From positions 57,164,001 through 57,228,000 of the forward strand of contig OZ024746.1 of NCBI GenBank assembly GCA_964016885.1: DNA of 64,000 nt, given 5' to 3'. The DNA comes from Eledone cirrhosa (taxonomy: Eukaryota). The notes under the pieces were generated by a model. The model searched no databases and was not told the DNA's origin. It saw nothing but the letters and a program-made list of their open reading frames with translations. A program made the translations under genes and the position numbers. Shown in pieces: positions 1-12,200 of the stretch; positions within the stretch are counted from its first letter, which is position 1; every line of letters begins with the position of its first letter.

Positions 1-47
1 GTAGGATAGAAGAAAGGAAAGGCACAGAAACAAAGAAAGGAATCCCC

Positions 48-92
48 AGTCACTGAAGAGGTCACAGAGTGTGTGACGAAAGGACTATGACT
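48..92 (+). ncRNA. Minimal type I hammerhead ribozyme (Penelope-type)
   Basis: AGTCA-CTGAAGA-G-GTCACA-gagtg-TGTGAC-GAAA-GgaC-TA-TGACT. Helix I AGTCA/TGACT, intact core, 6-bp helix II, minimal helix III with G15.2-C16.2, CUA cleavage triplet. Confidence 0.75.
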
Positions 93-310
93 ATATATAA
101 ACAACTATCTGGTTGTGGAACCAACCAACCAACCAGAAATTTATAAGTTTGTAGATTTGTAAATTTATAAATTTATAAATATATAATAAATTGAAGTGAA
201 AGCAACTGGTGCGTATGTTTCTTATTGGCAATATGACCCTCCCAAAGTATAACAATATCGGTTTCAACACACGATTTCAGATAAAGAATCTTGCTAAACA
301 AATTCAGAAA

Positions 311-312
<2 letters not shown>

Positions 313-400
<88 letters not shown>
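313..400. repeat. (TA)n microsatellite
   Basis: Direct reading. Confidence 0.98.
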
Positions 401-401
<1 letters not shown>

Positions 402-1662
402 CACATATATGTTTTCATTCATATGGTATTTATATTGGTGAGCAATTGTCTTATGTAAGATATATGTTACTCCTTAGATGTTGAAGACATTGAGATTTCT
501 TATTGACCGCTATTTCTAGCGGCAATTTGGACTGGTCACATTATTTAGCTTTAAAATGATCTCTGCATGCGTGTAATATTATTTTATTCTTACACTATAT
601 TTTTTTTTACACTTTACAGAAACCCTCTGGGGAAAACATCTTCTAGCAGAATGGACTGTCTCAACCTATTGGGATGATCAATACTCTACTGGATCTTGGA
701 AACTGCATTAACGGAATTTAGCGAAGCCTTGTACTCTCGGTTGTATCACGCCATGAAACCTGGATAAGCACCGGCCAAATGAGTCTTCTGGTTTAAGACA
801 GATTTTAGACTTTAGACTTGAAAATGTGAAGTTCAGTGTAGATATTAAAATATTCTTTATTAACAAAGCTGTAATACATATATCAATGACGATCGTTGCT
901 ACGTAATTGTTCAATCATACATCAAGTCACGTGATATCATGCGACATCATCTTATATTATAAAGATACGTTTTCAACGTTTTCAAGGCAATCCATTCTAA
1001 AGACAAGTTCATTCCTAACAAGTCCGTTCCCTTGTCTTTCGTCTGGATTGCCTAGGAAACATAACATATGCCATAGTTCTTTTTTTTACCACTGTAACAT
1101 GGTTTAAGCTGCAGCAAAGAAGCGCATTTATTTTCGATGAAAGTAGAAGTGAGATGAGTGCCAATCCATGGGTAATCCTTTCAAACAGGATAATCTAGTA
1201 TTAAATTATAATTGGTTTGGTCTTTAACCAATGATTATTATAGGTTCTTACCCGCTTTAGATTAAAAAAAAAAAAATCAACCGAGACAACCTAGAAAAAT
1301 GGCGTCCCACGTGCTGGCCTCCCCACAGAGTGGTGGACAGAATGGAGAAGGCGTTTCCCCGGAGGATGGTAAGGGAGGATATGACTTTTACCATTCCAAG
1401 AGCATATTTTATTAAGGGATTGAGATTATCTCACCCACATTCGGATTATTTCGCCAGTTTCTTTTTATATTTGGTTAATTTGTTCATGATAGATATATTA
1501 TCCTCTGTGTGGATTACAATACTTTTTTTTATATGCGTTCTTTGAGTATAACATGCAGTTAATTGCCTAAATGCCTCCCGGTTTGTGTCTATAGTAACAT
1601 CTCAGATTATGATTGTTTTATTCTTCTCTGAGGCCCTTTCCTCCTATTCCGTTGTTTGTGCG

Positions 1663-1845
1663 ATTGGCAGTATCGGTAGAGGGTCTGACGCCATGCTTTG
1701 CAGCAAAGAGATATGGCCCTTCATGGTCTGACTTCTAATCCCGCCGAGGGTTACTTTGCTTTCCATCCTCACAAGTTCGGTAAAAGAAAGTACCAGTAAT
1801 ATACTGGATTAATTGTTGACCTTGTGCCAAAAGTAGAAACAATTA
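1663..1845 (+). mobile_element. tRNA-derived SINE, family A
   Basis: A box TGGCAGTATCGG, degenerate B box, core ...ctttccatcctcacaagttcggtaaaa..., 3' end ccttgtgccaaaagtagaaacaatta. Many similar copies in the window. Confidence 0.85.
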
Positions 1846-1859
1846 CATTACGTAGAGTA

Positions 1860-3000
1860 GGTGTAACTTCCACTGTATCTAAATCTCAAATATTTCATGC
1901 CTTCGGATATGTTCGTGCTTAGCTAACCCTGTGCAGGCTAAGAAAATGTTTTTATTTGTTTCTTCTTCACTTCCATTTCTTCCACAGTAATTTTCTGTGA
2001 TTTGCTTCATTATGTATTTGTTTGTTGGTTGCTGGTGGGGAGGATTTGATCTTGTGCTGCTAATATAATCCTTTAAATGTGGCGTTTAGTCCACTGGTTC
2101 TTAGCGAGTTTTGCTCGTCCAATGTTTCCCTATCCAGCCTTGAGTTTTAGCAATGTAACGTTTTCTCTTGCCATTGTTTTAGCATAGGAATTTGGACATA
2201 TGTTTTCAATCTGCTTTTAATCAATTTAGCTGGTTCTGTAGCTGCTTGTTTTGTTTATTTATTTTCCTCATAATTATGTCATATGAGTTTTTGCATTTTT
2301 TTGGCTTCCTTGAAAACAAAAACAATTGGTTTGTTTTGTTCATGCTTCGTGGTAATTCATATTAATTTTCCATTATTCTTCATTAAACATTTTTATAATC
2401 CTTCAATGATTGTTTTATAATAGTTTTCAAGTACCTCAGGCCTCTTCCTTCGTGTATTCCCGGTAGGTATAATCTTTCTATAACTGATTTGTTGTGATAT
2501 TTTAAATGCAGTCAATATGTTCTTGTTTTTTCTCTGTTGTTATGCAGTTTCGTCTACTGTTCAGTAGCCTATTATTGAGATAGTTAAATTATTGACGTCT
2601 AATACGTTATTCGCTTTAACTAACTCTGTCTTAAGTAGTAATCTAATAACTCTATACTCTTCCTTTGATTTCTCTTATTCCATCTGTATATTTTGAACAC
2701 GTTCAAGTTCATCGAATCTTAATCATTTGTGTGTCGGTACTTGATATAATACTATTATGTGTGTCTTTATGCAGCGTGATGTTATTGTCATTTACTAGAT
2801 TTCCGTTTTTCATTTTTTTTCCAGGGTTGAATTGTTGCAATATTTATTGTCCAAATTTCACGTTTATTACTTATGTGAATCTATTATGTGTCCAGCTTTA
2901 AATCTCCATATACAAATGGATGATTTTCGCGTGGTTGTATTTGTAATTATGTCTATTCCTGTTTAGTATTTCAGATAATGTTGCAAGTTCTAGAATTAAG
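1860..3000 (-). pseudogene. Heavily degraded R4/Dong-like RT fragment
   Basis: Minus-strand remnant resembling LYM(D)DL near 2900-2920 and downstream blocks paralleling the better-preserved copy at 4584-7212. Many stops and frameshifts. Confidence 0.5.
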
Positions 3001-3176
3001 GGGAATTGTGAAAGGAAGCCTCGTTGAAACATTACTTTGATAACTGAGGCGGCTCAGTTTTTTATAATTCCATCTTTTTTTTTGTATTTACAGAAATATT
3101 TAGAAATTGCGCATGGCAAGTGTTATGAATTTTGAGATATTTCAGCGCTTTTCTGTTAAAGGTTTGTTGATTAATA

Positions 3177-3352
3177 CGAGCGCAATTCCAAAAGTAAGGT
3201 CTCCTTCCGATATTGCAACTTTTCCGTAAAAGTCCTCTGAATAGTGCTTCGGGAAACCTCAGGAACCAAAATGCAGAGAGCATCCAGAGTGATCCGCCGA
3301 TCTTTACGCATGTTTTCCTCAGAAGGAGACCTTACATTTGGGATTGCCCTCT
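3177..3352 (-). mobile_element. 176-bp internally deleted mariner element (MITE)
   Basis: About 30-bp TIRs cgagcgcaattccaaaagtaaggtctcctt / revcomp agagggcaatcccaaatgtaaggtctcctt, TA on both sides. Interior encodes EENMRKDRRITLDALCILVPEVSRSTIQRTFTEKLQYRK, a mariner transposase HTH region. Confidence 0.85.
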
Positions 3353-3359
3353 TATATAA

Positions 3360-4100
3360 TAACAGCGCGAAATTCCCACTTTGCTGTAGCAACGGGAGCT
3401 CCATTCTCAACGGCTGCCAAGGCAAGATTGAGGATCCCAGCGAAACGCGCGCATGCTTGTTTGGGAGTGATGGAAGCACCAATCACAACAGTCTTGCCAA
3501 CATCCGTACGAACAATTTCTCTGCGTCCCATCGCTTTGGAGACCTGACCTTTGGAATTATCGTCGTAATTGATCTTTATAACCATAACACCCTTTCTGCT
3601 CCTCTGGAAGATCGACCCACTATATTCATTTGGTCGTGAAGGACAGGCAGTTTGTCTGCCCGGTGGCTGCAGAGAAAAGATTGAAAGGACTGAAAACATA
3701 CTGTTCCCTCTACGACAATCCCTCATTAATTTTTCAAGCGCCACTTAGAAATGAAGGTTAGGGTGGAGACAAGTGTTTGTCACAAGCACATATCTTAAAA
3801 GATGGCTAAATATAGCGAGGAAGGCCCGGGTGAAAATTCCGTCTCTGAGCATGTAGACTGGAGGGTTCAGAGAATAGTAGGGACACCTTCCTAGAGCGCT
3901 TCTATATGTTGGGTTTGGGCATGCATTGTTGCAAGCCTTCGCTTGTGTGATATATCCAGCTGTTGAGGAATCCTGTTGCTATATTTTGTTAATTGCTAAC
4001 TTTTTTTCATTTCTCCACGATTCTCTGTAAATTACCACTGTCTGTGTTATTTTGTATTATCCGTACGTCTTGGCACTAGTGGCCAATAAAGAAATAATTC
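3360..4100 (+). mobile_element. Degraded 3' end of a Tx1/L1-type element
   Basis: 3797-3856 resembles the ORF2 end at 17072-17138. Terminates ...gtggccaataaagaaataat like the other Tx1 copies. Confidence 0.55.
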
Positions 4101-4389
4101 TTGTTATTACACGATACGATATTTGAAATTATATATTTAGAAGCTGCAATCTTTCACAAAAATGTCGCATAAATCTGAAAGAATTTTAGCAACAGTATCT
4201 GAATCTTGAATAATTTATAAACATATTTTTTTAATATGAATCGATTATCGCTAAAAGAATCAATTGATATTGGGAAAATTAGAATTTTCTTCATTTGTAT
4301 ATTGTTTATATTTTGATTGAATTTATTGTGTTATTCCATTTTTCCTTTCGAATATTCATACTGGATTTTGAACGATATTTCTAACATTT

Positions 4390-4399
4390 CTTTATCATC

Positions 4400-4430
<31 letters not shown>

Positions 4431-4583
4431 CCACCACCACCACCATCATGATCACCATCATCATCATCACCATTATCATTTTCATCTTCATTATCATCAT
4501 CACGATCATGATAATCATCATCATCAACATCATCATCATCATCATTATTATTAATAGTATTATTATTATTATTATTATTATTA
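4390..4583. repeat. (CAT)n/(TTA)n microsatellite
   Basis: Direct reading. Confidence 0.95.
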
Positions 4584-7212
4584 CAGCTGCATTTATCTTG
4601 CTTTATACGAGTTATCACCAAGTCACAGCCAGTGACCTCAAGAGACAACAAGGTCCGCCATGTTCAAGAAAGAACATACATACACACATATGCATCTTTA
4701 GGTGTTTAGACTTGTGATGTACATATATTGACAGAATTTTCCTTAGTATATGGGCAGTTCCCATTAGTACTATCTTTTGTATTTCTCCTATACGCGGGTT
4801 TCCAGGGAATTGCGATAAGTAATCATTAGACCCCTTAGGTATCATTCCTAGAGCGCCTATAACCACTGGTATTGTTTTAGTTCTCAATTTCCACATTTTC
4901 CCAATTTCTATCTCCAGGTCTTTATACTTGCTCAATTTTTCAAATGTTTTTGGAGATACATTCTTGTCTATTGGAACGGACATATCAATTAGCAGGCATA
5001 CCCTCTTTTTAAATACCTTCAGTATTATATCAGGTCTATTTGCATCTATTTTTCGGTCTGTTTTGATGCTAAAGTTCCCCAAGATTGAGATATGATATTT
5101 TCCAAGTATGGGAGGTGATTGATGCTCCCATCAATTCTTTTGATGGGGCAGGTCAAAATGCTTACACATTATCCAATGTATGTATCGTGCAGCTCTGTTT
5201 ATGTATTCGGTTGGAGCTATAGGACTGCACATTGAAATTATATGATCAATGGTCTCTGGTTGTTTTTTTACATACACAGCATAATGGGTTGCATTCAACT
5301 TTTATTATGTTGGCTTGGTAATTTTTTGTTGGCAGACACTGATGTTGTGCTGATATAATCAGTCCTTCAGTCTCCGATTCAAGTCCAGAGTATGCCAACC
5401 ACGGATGGGTTAACGTTTTGTCAATATCAGGATTGTTAGCTCTTTCTGGTTATTTTCCATACTGAGGCTTTTCTTGCCATTTCTTAGCCAGTGTCTGTAG
5501 AAGTTCTTTCTTTGCCTGCTTTGCTTTTTCTGTGTTTTCCATTTCAGCAGTAAATGGGACTTCTGAAATGTGTAGTCCATTACTGTATCTTTGTGCATCT
5601 TTTGTAATTGAGTATGTTCTTTTGATGCTTTCGTGTTTCAAAGCGAGTTTGATCATCCAATCATGTGATTCCCTTAGATATGTAGATAATCCAATTGTTG
5701 CAGTTTTCAACGCAATATATAACTGGATTAACCCACGTCCTCCTTCTTTCCTGGGGAGATATATTCTATCTGTATCTGCCTTAGGGTGATGCATTATGTG
5801 CATGGTTAAGAATTTTCTAATTTTTGTATCGAGCCTACAGATCTCTGTCCTTGACCAGTTGATGACATTGTAACTGTAGGTTACAACTGGTATGGCAAGC
5901 GTGTTTATGGCATCGATCCTATTCCTTGCATTCAATTCAGTTCTTAAGATTGCTCTTACTCTGCATAACATTCCTTCCTTATCCTTTCCCTCATTGTCGA
6001 GTGCTTGATTCCGTCTCCTTCACAGAAACCTAGATATTTGTAAGTTTCTTCCTGATCAATTTCTCTTATCACATTCCCCCGATTAATGTCTGAACTTTTC
6101 AGCAGCCTTCCTCTGGTGAACGTTGCTTTGGCGCATTTATCTAGTCCAAACTCCATTTTAATGTCATCATTGAACTGCTACACAGTGGATAATAGTCCTT
6201 GCAATTGTTCATCATTTTTTGCAAATAGTTTCAGGTCATCCATGTAGAACAAGTGATTAATGGTTTTGTCATAGACTTTATATCCATGTTTTGTTTCATT
6301 GAGCATTTTACTTAATGGTATAAGTGTGATGCAGAATAAAAGCGGTGATACAGAGTCACCCTGAAAAATTCCACAATTGATATTAACTTCTCCAGCTTCC
6401 AGTGATTTTGTTTCACTATTCAAAAGGAATGTCGTTTTCCATGTCTTCATACTGAATGACAAGAACCTCCTGACATCGGGAGATATTTTGAAAATCTCTA
6501 AACATTTATCAATCCAACTGGGTGGCAAACTATAGAATGCTTTTTTATAATCTATCCAAGCAATTGATAGATTTTTGTATCTATTTGACAATCTTCCAGT
6601 ATCATTTTATTAACCAAAAGCTGATTCTTACAGCCATATGAGCCTCGTTTACATCCTTTCTGCTCATTGGGAAATAGGTAATTTGCTATCAGGCTGTCAT
6701 ATGTATACTTAGTTAGGACTGATGTTAAAGTACTATACATTGTGGTCAAGCAAGTTATCGGTCTGTAATTTTTGGGATTGTTTGTCTCATCATTCTACGG
6801 AAGCAGGAATGTAATGCCGTTAACTAGTCATAGTGGTCTCTTTTCTGGCTCCTTAACTATTTCATTGTAAAGTTGGGCTAACAGCTCATGAGACTCTGTG
6901 AAGGCATTTATCTAAACAAATGGTATTTTGTCTTTTCCTGGGGATTTCCATTTGCTAGTTTTTCTAAGAGCCAAACGCAACTGTTCAACTGTTATATTAT
7001 CCCATATTTGCTCCTCAAGCTGAGCTGTATCTTTCATTTGTCTGTCTATCCATGGAGCATGTATATTAGGAACTTTTTCTTCGGTCCAGTTCTTTTCCCA
7101 GAATTCTTGCACTTCCTCCTTGGGTGGTATTGATTTAGCATTTATTGTTGACTTGTCAATTTTTCTGTAGAAGTTTCTTTGGTTGTTTTTGAACATTTTA
7201 TTGTCCTTATAG
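4584..7212 (-). mobile_element. 5'-truncated R4/Dong-clade non-LTR retrotransposon (RT + CCHC + RLE), pseudogenised
   Basis: ORF pieces WKSPGKDKI, EQKGCKRGSYGCKNQL, WIDYKKAF, GIFQGDSVSPLLF, HLFYMDDLK, FGLDKCA, EGGRGL, CCHC-like ETIDHIISMC, RLE NRPDIIL...LLIDMSVP...KY...PVVIGALG. (TTA)n on both sides. Confidence 0.92.
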
Positions 7213-7232
7213 AATTATTATTATTATTATTA

Positions 7233-10200
7233 TTGTTCTTTGAGTCTCAGTCATTGATGTTAGTTAACTGGAAAGTTTGTTGAAATGAATATCAAGCCAC
7301 TACCTGCAGCCTCAGATATTCAGGACGTATCGGAGTGTTCTTGCTGTTCCTAGCAAGCACGCCTCTTGAAGCGTTGCAAAAAGCGTGGCGGGGTCAATTT
7401 TCTTTAACCATTCCTGGAAACCTTTTGAGATAGTACCTAGTGCCCCTATGAAAATCGGGACCACTTTCACTTCATGGCAGTTCCAAATCCTTTAAACCTC
7501 ACATTTTAAGTCCTGGTATCGGTCAATTTCTCCCTCTGCTTCTCTTGCACTCTCGTGTCGAATGGGCAGGCGACATCCACGATCAGGCACGATCTTTTTT
7601 CCTTGTCCAAACCACCAGGTCAGGTCTATTGTGTTCCAGTTTCTTGTCAGTCTGTATCCTAAAATCCCACAGCACCTTCACCTGATCGTTTGCTTTAACC
7701 ATCCCTGGAAACTTTTTGAGATAGTACCTAGTGCGCCTATGACAATCGGGACCACTTTGACTTCATGGCAGTTCCAAATCCTTTTTACCTCCCACTTTAA
7801 GTCCTGGTATCGGGTAATTTTCTCCCTCTCCTTCTCTTGCACTCTCGTGTCGAATTGGCAGGCCACATCCACAATCAGACACGATCTTTCTTCTTTGTCC
7901 ACAACGACCAGGTCAGGTCTATTGTGTTCAAGTTTCTTGTCCGTCTGTATCCTAAAATCCCACAGCACCTTCACCTGATCGTTTTCTATCACCGACTCTC
8001 GCTTATGCTCATACCACTTCTCAGAATGGTAAATTGTTTACTTTGCATAGGTGCCAGTGGATCACCCTGCCCATCACATCATGTCTCCCGCCCTTATAGT
8101 GAGCCTTGGCTAGGTGTTTACACTAGGATACAATATGAGCCACAGTCTCCTCTCTCTCTCCACAGATCCTGCACAGTGGGCTAGTCTCCTCCTTGTAAAT
8201 ATGGTGTTTCAACCACTTCATTTTGAGGGCCTTCTCTTGCGGAGCCATTATCATTCCTTCTGTAGCCTTTTTGAGGTCTCCTCTTTACAACCAGTTCCAT
8301 GTCTGTGGATCTCTGAATTCAGTTTTCTCAAAGAAGGTACTATGAAGGGATTTTTCCTGAAGGCTGCTCTTTCTCCTTGATGTTATTTCTTCCTTGGACA
8401 TCCTCTGGTCTATTGTCCTCTCCTTCAGTAGAGTTCTGAGCATTGGCTCCTTACTATCAGTCACGTATTTGTGTAGGTTGTTTTTCTCCATCTGAACACA
8501 GTCCTCTATGCTGATAAGACCTCTTCCACCTTCAGATCTCCTTAAGTAGAGTATATCGACATCACTCCTCTTATGGAACATGTTGTAGATAGTCAATAGC
8601 TTCCTAGTCTTCCTATCCATTTCTTTTTGTTCAGCAATATTCCATCTCAGAATTCCCGCACTGTACCTAATAATAGACACAGCTCGGGAATTTACTGCAC
8701 TTATAGCATTCCTACTGTTCAGATGTGACTTTAATACGCTCCTTAATCTCCAAATGTATTCATTTCTTATCAATTCCTTCATTTTTTTGTTCTTGGTGTC
8801 ATCAGCCTCCAAATACTTGTATCCTTCTTCAGTGTCAATTTCCTTTATCATCTCACCTGTTGGTACCTGGATTCCATTACTTCTGCTCAATTTGACCCGC
8901 TTCATCACAAGGACTCCACACTTACTAATACCAAATTGCATGCATATATCATTGCTGAAAATACGGACAGTGTCAACAAGCATATCCAACTCCTTCTCAC
9001 TCTTCCCGAAGAGCTTAAGATCGTCCATGAAGAGGAGGTGATTGATGGTAAGCTCTACCTTTCCCAATCTGTATCCTGCTCTCACTTTTCGCAGTATACT
9101 GGTCAGGGGCATCATGGCAAGGAAAAAGAACAGAGGGGACAGACTATCTCCCTCGAATATACCTCTCTTGATCTTCACGCCTCCCAAGGATTCTCCAGCT
9201 GATGTTAACTCTGTTTCCCAGGACTTCATACTTTTGCCCAACAACTGTTTGATGTTATCTGCCACATTGAAGATCTCTAGGCTTTTGGTGATCCAAGAAT
9301 GAGGCACCATGTCAAATGCCATTTTGTAGTCTATCCATCCCATGGCAAGACCAATGTGTCTCTTCCTGCAATTCCTCATTACCATCTTATCAATAAGTAA
9401 CTGGTCCTTTGTACCACGTGACTTCTTTCGGCATCCTTTCTGTTCGTCCGGTAACAAGTTGTTTGTGTGGAGGTGATGGTATATTTCCTCAGACATAATG
9501 CTTGTCAACAGTATCCACATTACGGACAGACATGTGATAGCTCTATAGTTGGTAAGATCATTACCCGTGATTCGGTCTTTCAATATCAGAACTGTGGTGT
9601 GGTACCTTTTTGTCAACCACTCTGGTACCTCAGCTGACATCAAGCAGTCATTGAACATGGTTGTCAGTTTCGGGTGGAGGGATGTTATATTTTTAATCCA
9701 ATACCCCTGCACACCATCTGGGCCTGGTGATTTCCAGTTGGTTAGTTTTTTTGCCTGCCCCTTAAGAGTTTCAACTGTGATACTCAAATCAGTTTGTTGG
9801 TGTGCCTGTTCACTAATCTCCGCCTGTACTGTCTCAATCCACACTGCCTGGTCATTATGTTTAACATCCTGCTCCCATATTCCTCGCCAGAATGTTTTAG
9901 TTTGTTCCGCCTCAGGAATCATGTCGTTGCCTCTTTCTTTCCCTTCAAGCTGTCCAAACAGCATCTTCTGGTTGTTGTCAAACATGCGGTTCTGTCTATA
10001 CTGACTGACTCTGTTCACGTATCGCCTGATTTTTGCACTCTTGGCTACAATGCGTTGCTTCAGTTCCTCTATGATAATATTTAGCTTTTTCCTCCTAGTT
10101 TTGTACTTTATTTCCAGTCTATTTTATGTGTCTATGTTTTTTAGTGTACCATTCAGCAGGGACTCAAGCTTTCCAATGTCATTTCTCATTTCCCTGATTT

Positions 10201-11100
10201 GACCACTCAGTCATTTCTACCACCAAGGCTCTGATCTGTCTTGTTTGTTGTTTCCTCTCGCTTTTATACCAAGTAATTTTCTCACCGTATTTTCTGTTGC
10301 TTTGAGGATATTGTTGCACTGGTGAAGGCCCTCGCCTCAAGGTATGGGATGACTTTGTTTACCTTAGCTGTTTTTCTTTTTACTTTTTCCTGTCTACAAA
10401 TCTTAGATTCATAGGTTTCCCACTATCATTATTCAATTGATCTACCACTAAGTTTAGGATATCAACCAAATCTTGTCCTAGCCCGTCATCATTCATCTCC
10501 TCAATGGCCGTATCTCTGTTCCAGGTATTATTTATTTCAGCATTCAGATCATTGTCTGCTTCGGATGGTTCCTCCGTTCTCTCGACCTCTTCACCTTCAT
10601 TTCCCACTGGCTCGTTTGCCTGGCATACCCCACTCTCCATTTCAAACCTAATCTCTCTGCTCAGTTCCTCCAGTTCCAGCTCGCTTATCCACCCATTAGT
10701 TCTTATTACCCCTGCCTGTCCGGCCTATTTTTGTTCATCTAATTTAAATAGACCAATCTCGTTCCAGATGTTATGCATCCGTTTCCTATAGCCTTTCTCC
10801 TTGCGGTTACTCTTCAGGTAACATTGCATAACAGTTCTATTCAATTCTTTCTTCCAGTTGGTTCTGGTCCCTTTCCTTCTTCCTCCGACACCAGCACTAT
10901 TTGGTTGACAGCCAGGTCCCTGCTGCTAAGCCAGGGAGCACCTGTTGGTTGAGAGTCTGTCACATGACATTCTAGTCTCCACTTCACCGTTATTCGAACT
11001 GTTTAGGTTCGACATTTAAACACTCTTATCGAGGATTGGTGAATGTATGGTTACACAACCACCGGTGATTTCAACACCTCCAGTGATTTCGTCACAACCG
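7233..11100 (-). mobile_element. Near full-length R4/Dong-clade element, family 2, pseudogenised
   Basis: N-terminal MQCY...GYRKRMHNIW region (10760-10860), EPWW, 577-aa RT ORF 8285-10018 (WKSPGPDG, EQKGCR, HLLFMDDLK), CRICGEREETVAHIV CCHC, RLE NRPDLVVVD...IVDVAC...PIVIGALG. 3' end abuts (TTA)n. 5' boundary approximate. Confidence 0.92.
8285..10018 (-). CDS. Reverse transcriptase portion of R4/Dong ORF (fragment of a disrupted longer ORF)
   Basis: RT motifs DYKMAFDMVPH, GIFEGDSLSPL, FMDDLK. Confidence 0.85.
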   Translation of the reverse strand: MNRVSQYRQNRMFDNNQKMLFGQLEGKERGNDMIPEAEQTKTFWRGIWEQDVKHNDQAVWIETVQAEISEQAHQQTDLSITVETLKGQAKKLTNWKSPGPDGVQGYWIKNITSLHPKLTTMFNDCLMSAEVPEWLTKRYHTTVLILKDRITGNDLTNYRAITCLSVMWILLTSIMSEEIYHHLHTNNLLPDEQKGCRKKSRGTKDQLLIDKMVMRNCRKRHIGLAMGWIDYKMAFDMVPHSWITKSLEIFNVADNIKQLLGKSMKSWETELTSAGESLGGVKIKRGIFEGDSLSPLFFFLAMMPLTSILRKVRAGYRLGKVELTINHLLFMDDLKLFGKSEKELDMLVDTVRIFSNDICMQFGISKCGVLVMKRVKLSRSNGIQVPTGEMIKEIDTEEGYKYLEADDTKNKKMKELIRNEYIWRLRSVLKSHLNSRNAISAVNSRAVSIIRYSAGILRWNIAEQKEMDRKTRKLLTIYNMFHKRSDVDILYLRRSEGGRGLISIEDCVQMEKNNLHKYVTDSKEPMLRTLLKERTIDQRMSKEEITSRRKSSLQEKSLHSTFFEKTEFRDPQTWNWL

Positions 11101-11407
11101 GTTATTTGTGTGTGGCACTATCACGCCGTAGACGAACATAAATAAGCAAACAAACAGGCAAAAAAAGAAAAAAAAAAGAATAAGCATAAGTTTCATTGTA
11201 ATGTAATGTTTGAATGTCTGACTTAGTTTTTTCCTTTCCTTCTCTGTCTGTCTGTTTGTTCTTCTTTTCATTTTTCTTTTCTTCACGTATTTCGTTGTTG
11301 CTGTGCTGCTTTTGATTTTGATTTTGGTTCTATTGATTTTGACCGGGTCATCAATTCAGTCTATTTATATATTTGATGCCTTCCTCTTTTAGTGGGGACA
11401 CTACGAT

Positions 11408-11570
11408 GTAGCAGGAGGTAGTGGGAGAGAATAGCTGCGGTAGTGATAATGAGGCAGTGGTGGTGGTGGTGGTCGTGGTGGTGGTGGTGGTGCTGTTCTA
11501 GTAGTACCTAGCAGGAGGTAGTGGGAGAGAATAGCGGCGGTAGCGATAATGAGGCAGTGGTGGTGGTGAT
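11408..11570. repeat. Two direct copies of an approximately 60-bp unit ending in (GGT)n
   Basis: tagcaggaggtagtgggagagaatagc..cggtag.gataatgaggcagtggtggtgg at about 11409 and 11509. Confidence 0.85.
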
Positions 11571-11670
11571 GTGATCGTAGTACTGTAGTGATGGTGTTGA
11601 AGTAGAAATAGAGGTTGAGGTAACTTGACCAGAGTTTTTAGCGTGGTAGTGGTGGTCGTGTTGGTGGTGA

Positions 11671-11746
<76 letters not shown>
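11671..11746. repeat. (TTA)n microsatellite, 5' flank of Tx1 element
   Basis: Direct reading. Confidence 0.97.
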
Positions 11747-12200
11747 GGCGACCTACGTAGTTAATCGGATCATCATGAGCATCGCAAATGTTTGTTTTTT
11801 TCAGTAGTTTAAAATTGCTATTTATGGAATGTTTTTATTGTTAACAGTATATGAGTGCACATACATTGTTTTCTGAAAAGGACACTCAAAAAGATTGGGG
11901 CCTTGAGACCAACATTTAAACTTTCATAATTATCAAACAAAGAGAATGTCCGACTCACAGCTGAACCCAGTAGCTGAGAACCTTCCTCACAAACTAACAC
12001 CTCACACCGACACCACCATTTAAATATTAATACGTGTGCCAACACTAAAAAATAAGCAGTAGCAATAATTTAAATTTGTCTCAGGCAGACATTCATTTCC
12101 CGCCATTACCAATGACTGCAGGTGTTAAAGCCGCCACCCAACCACCACCACAGCGACAACAGAAACAAAAGAAAAAAATAAATTAACTCGTGATATCGAA

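Noticed and set aside
1290-1545. GC-richer segment resembling a LINE 3' region
   Set aside because: Similarity to the Tx1 3' ends is too weak to call.
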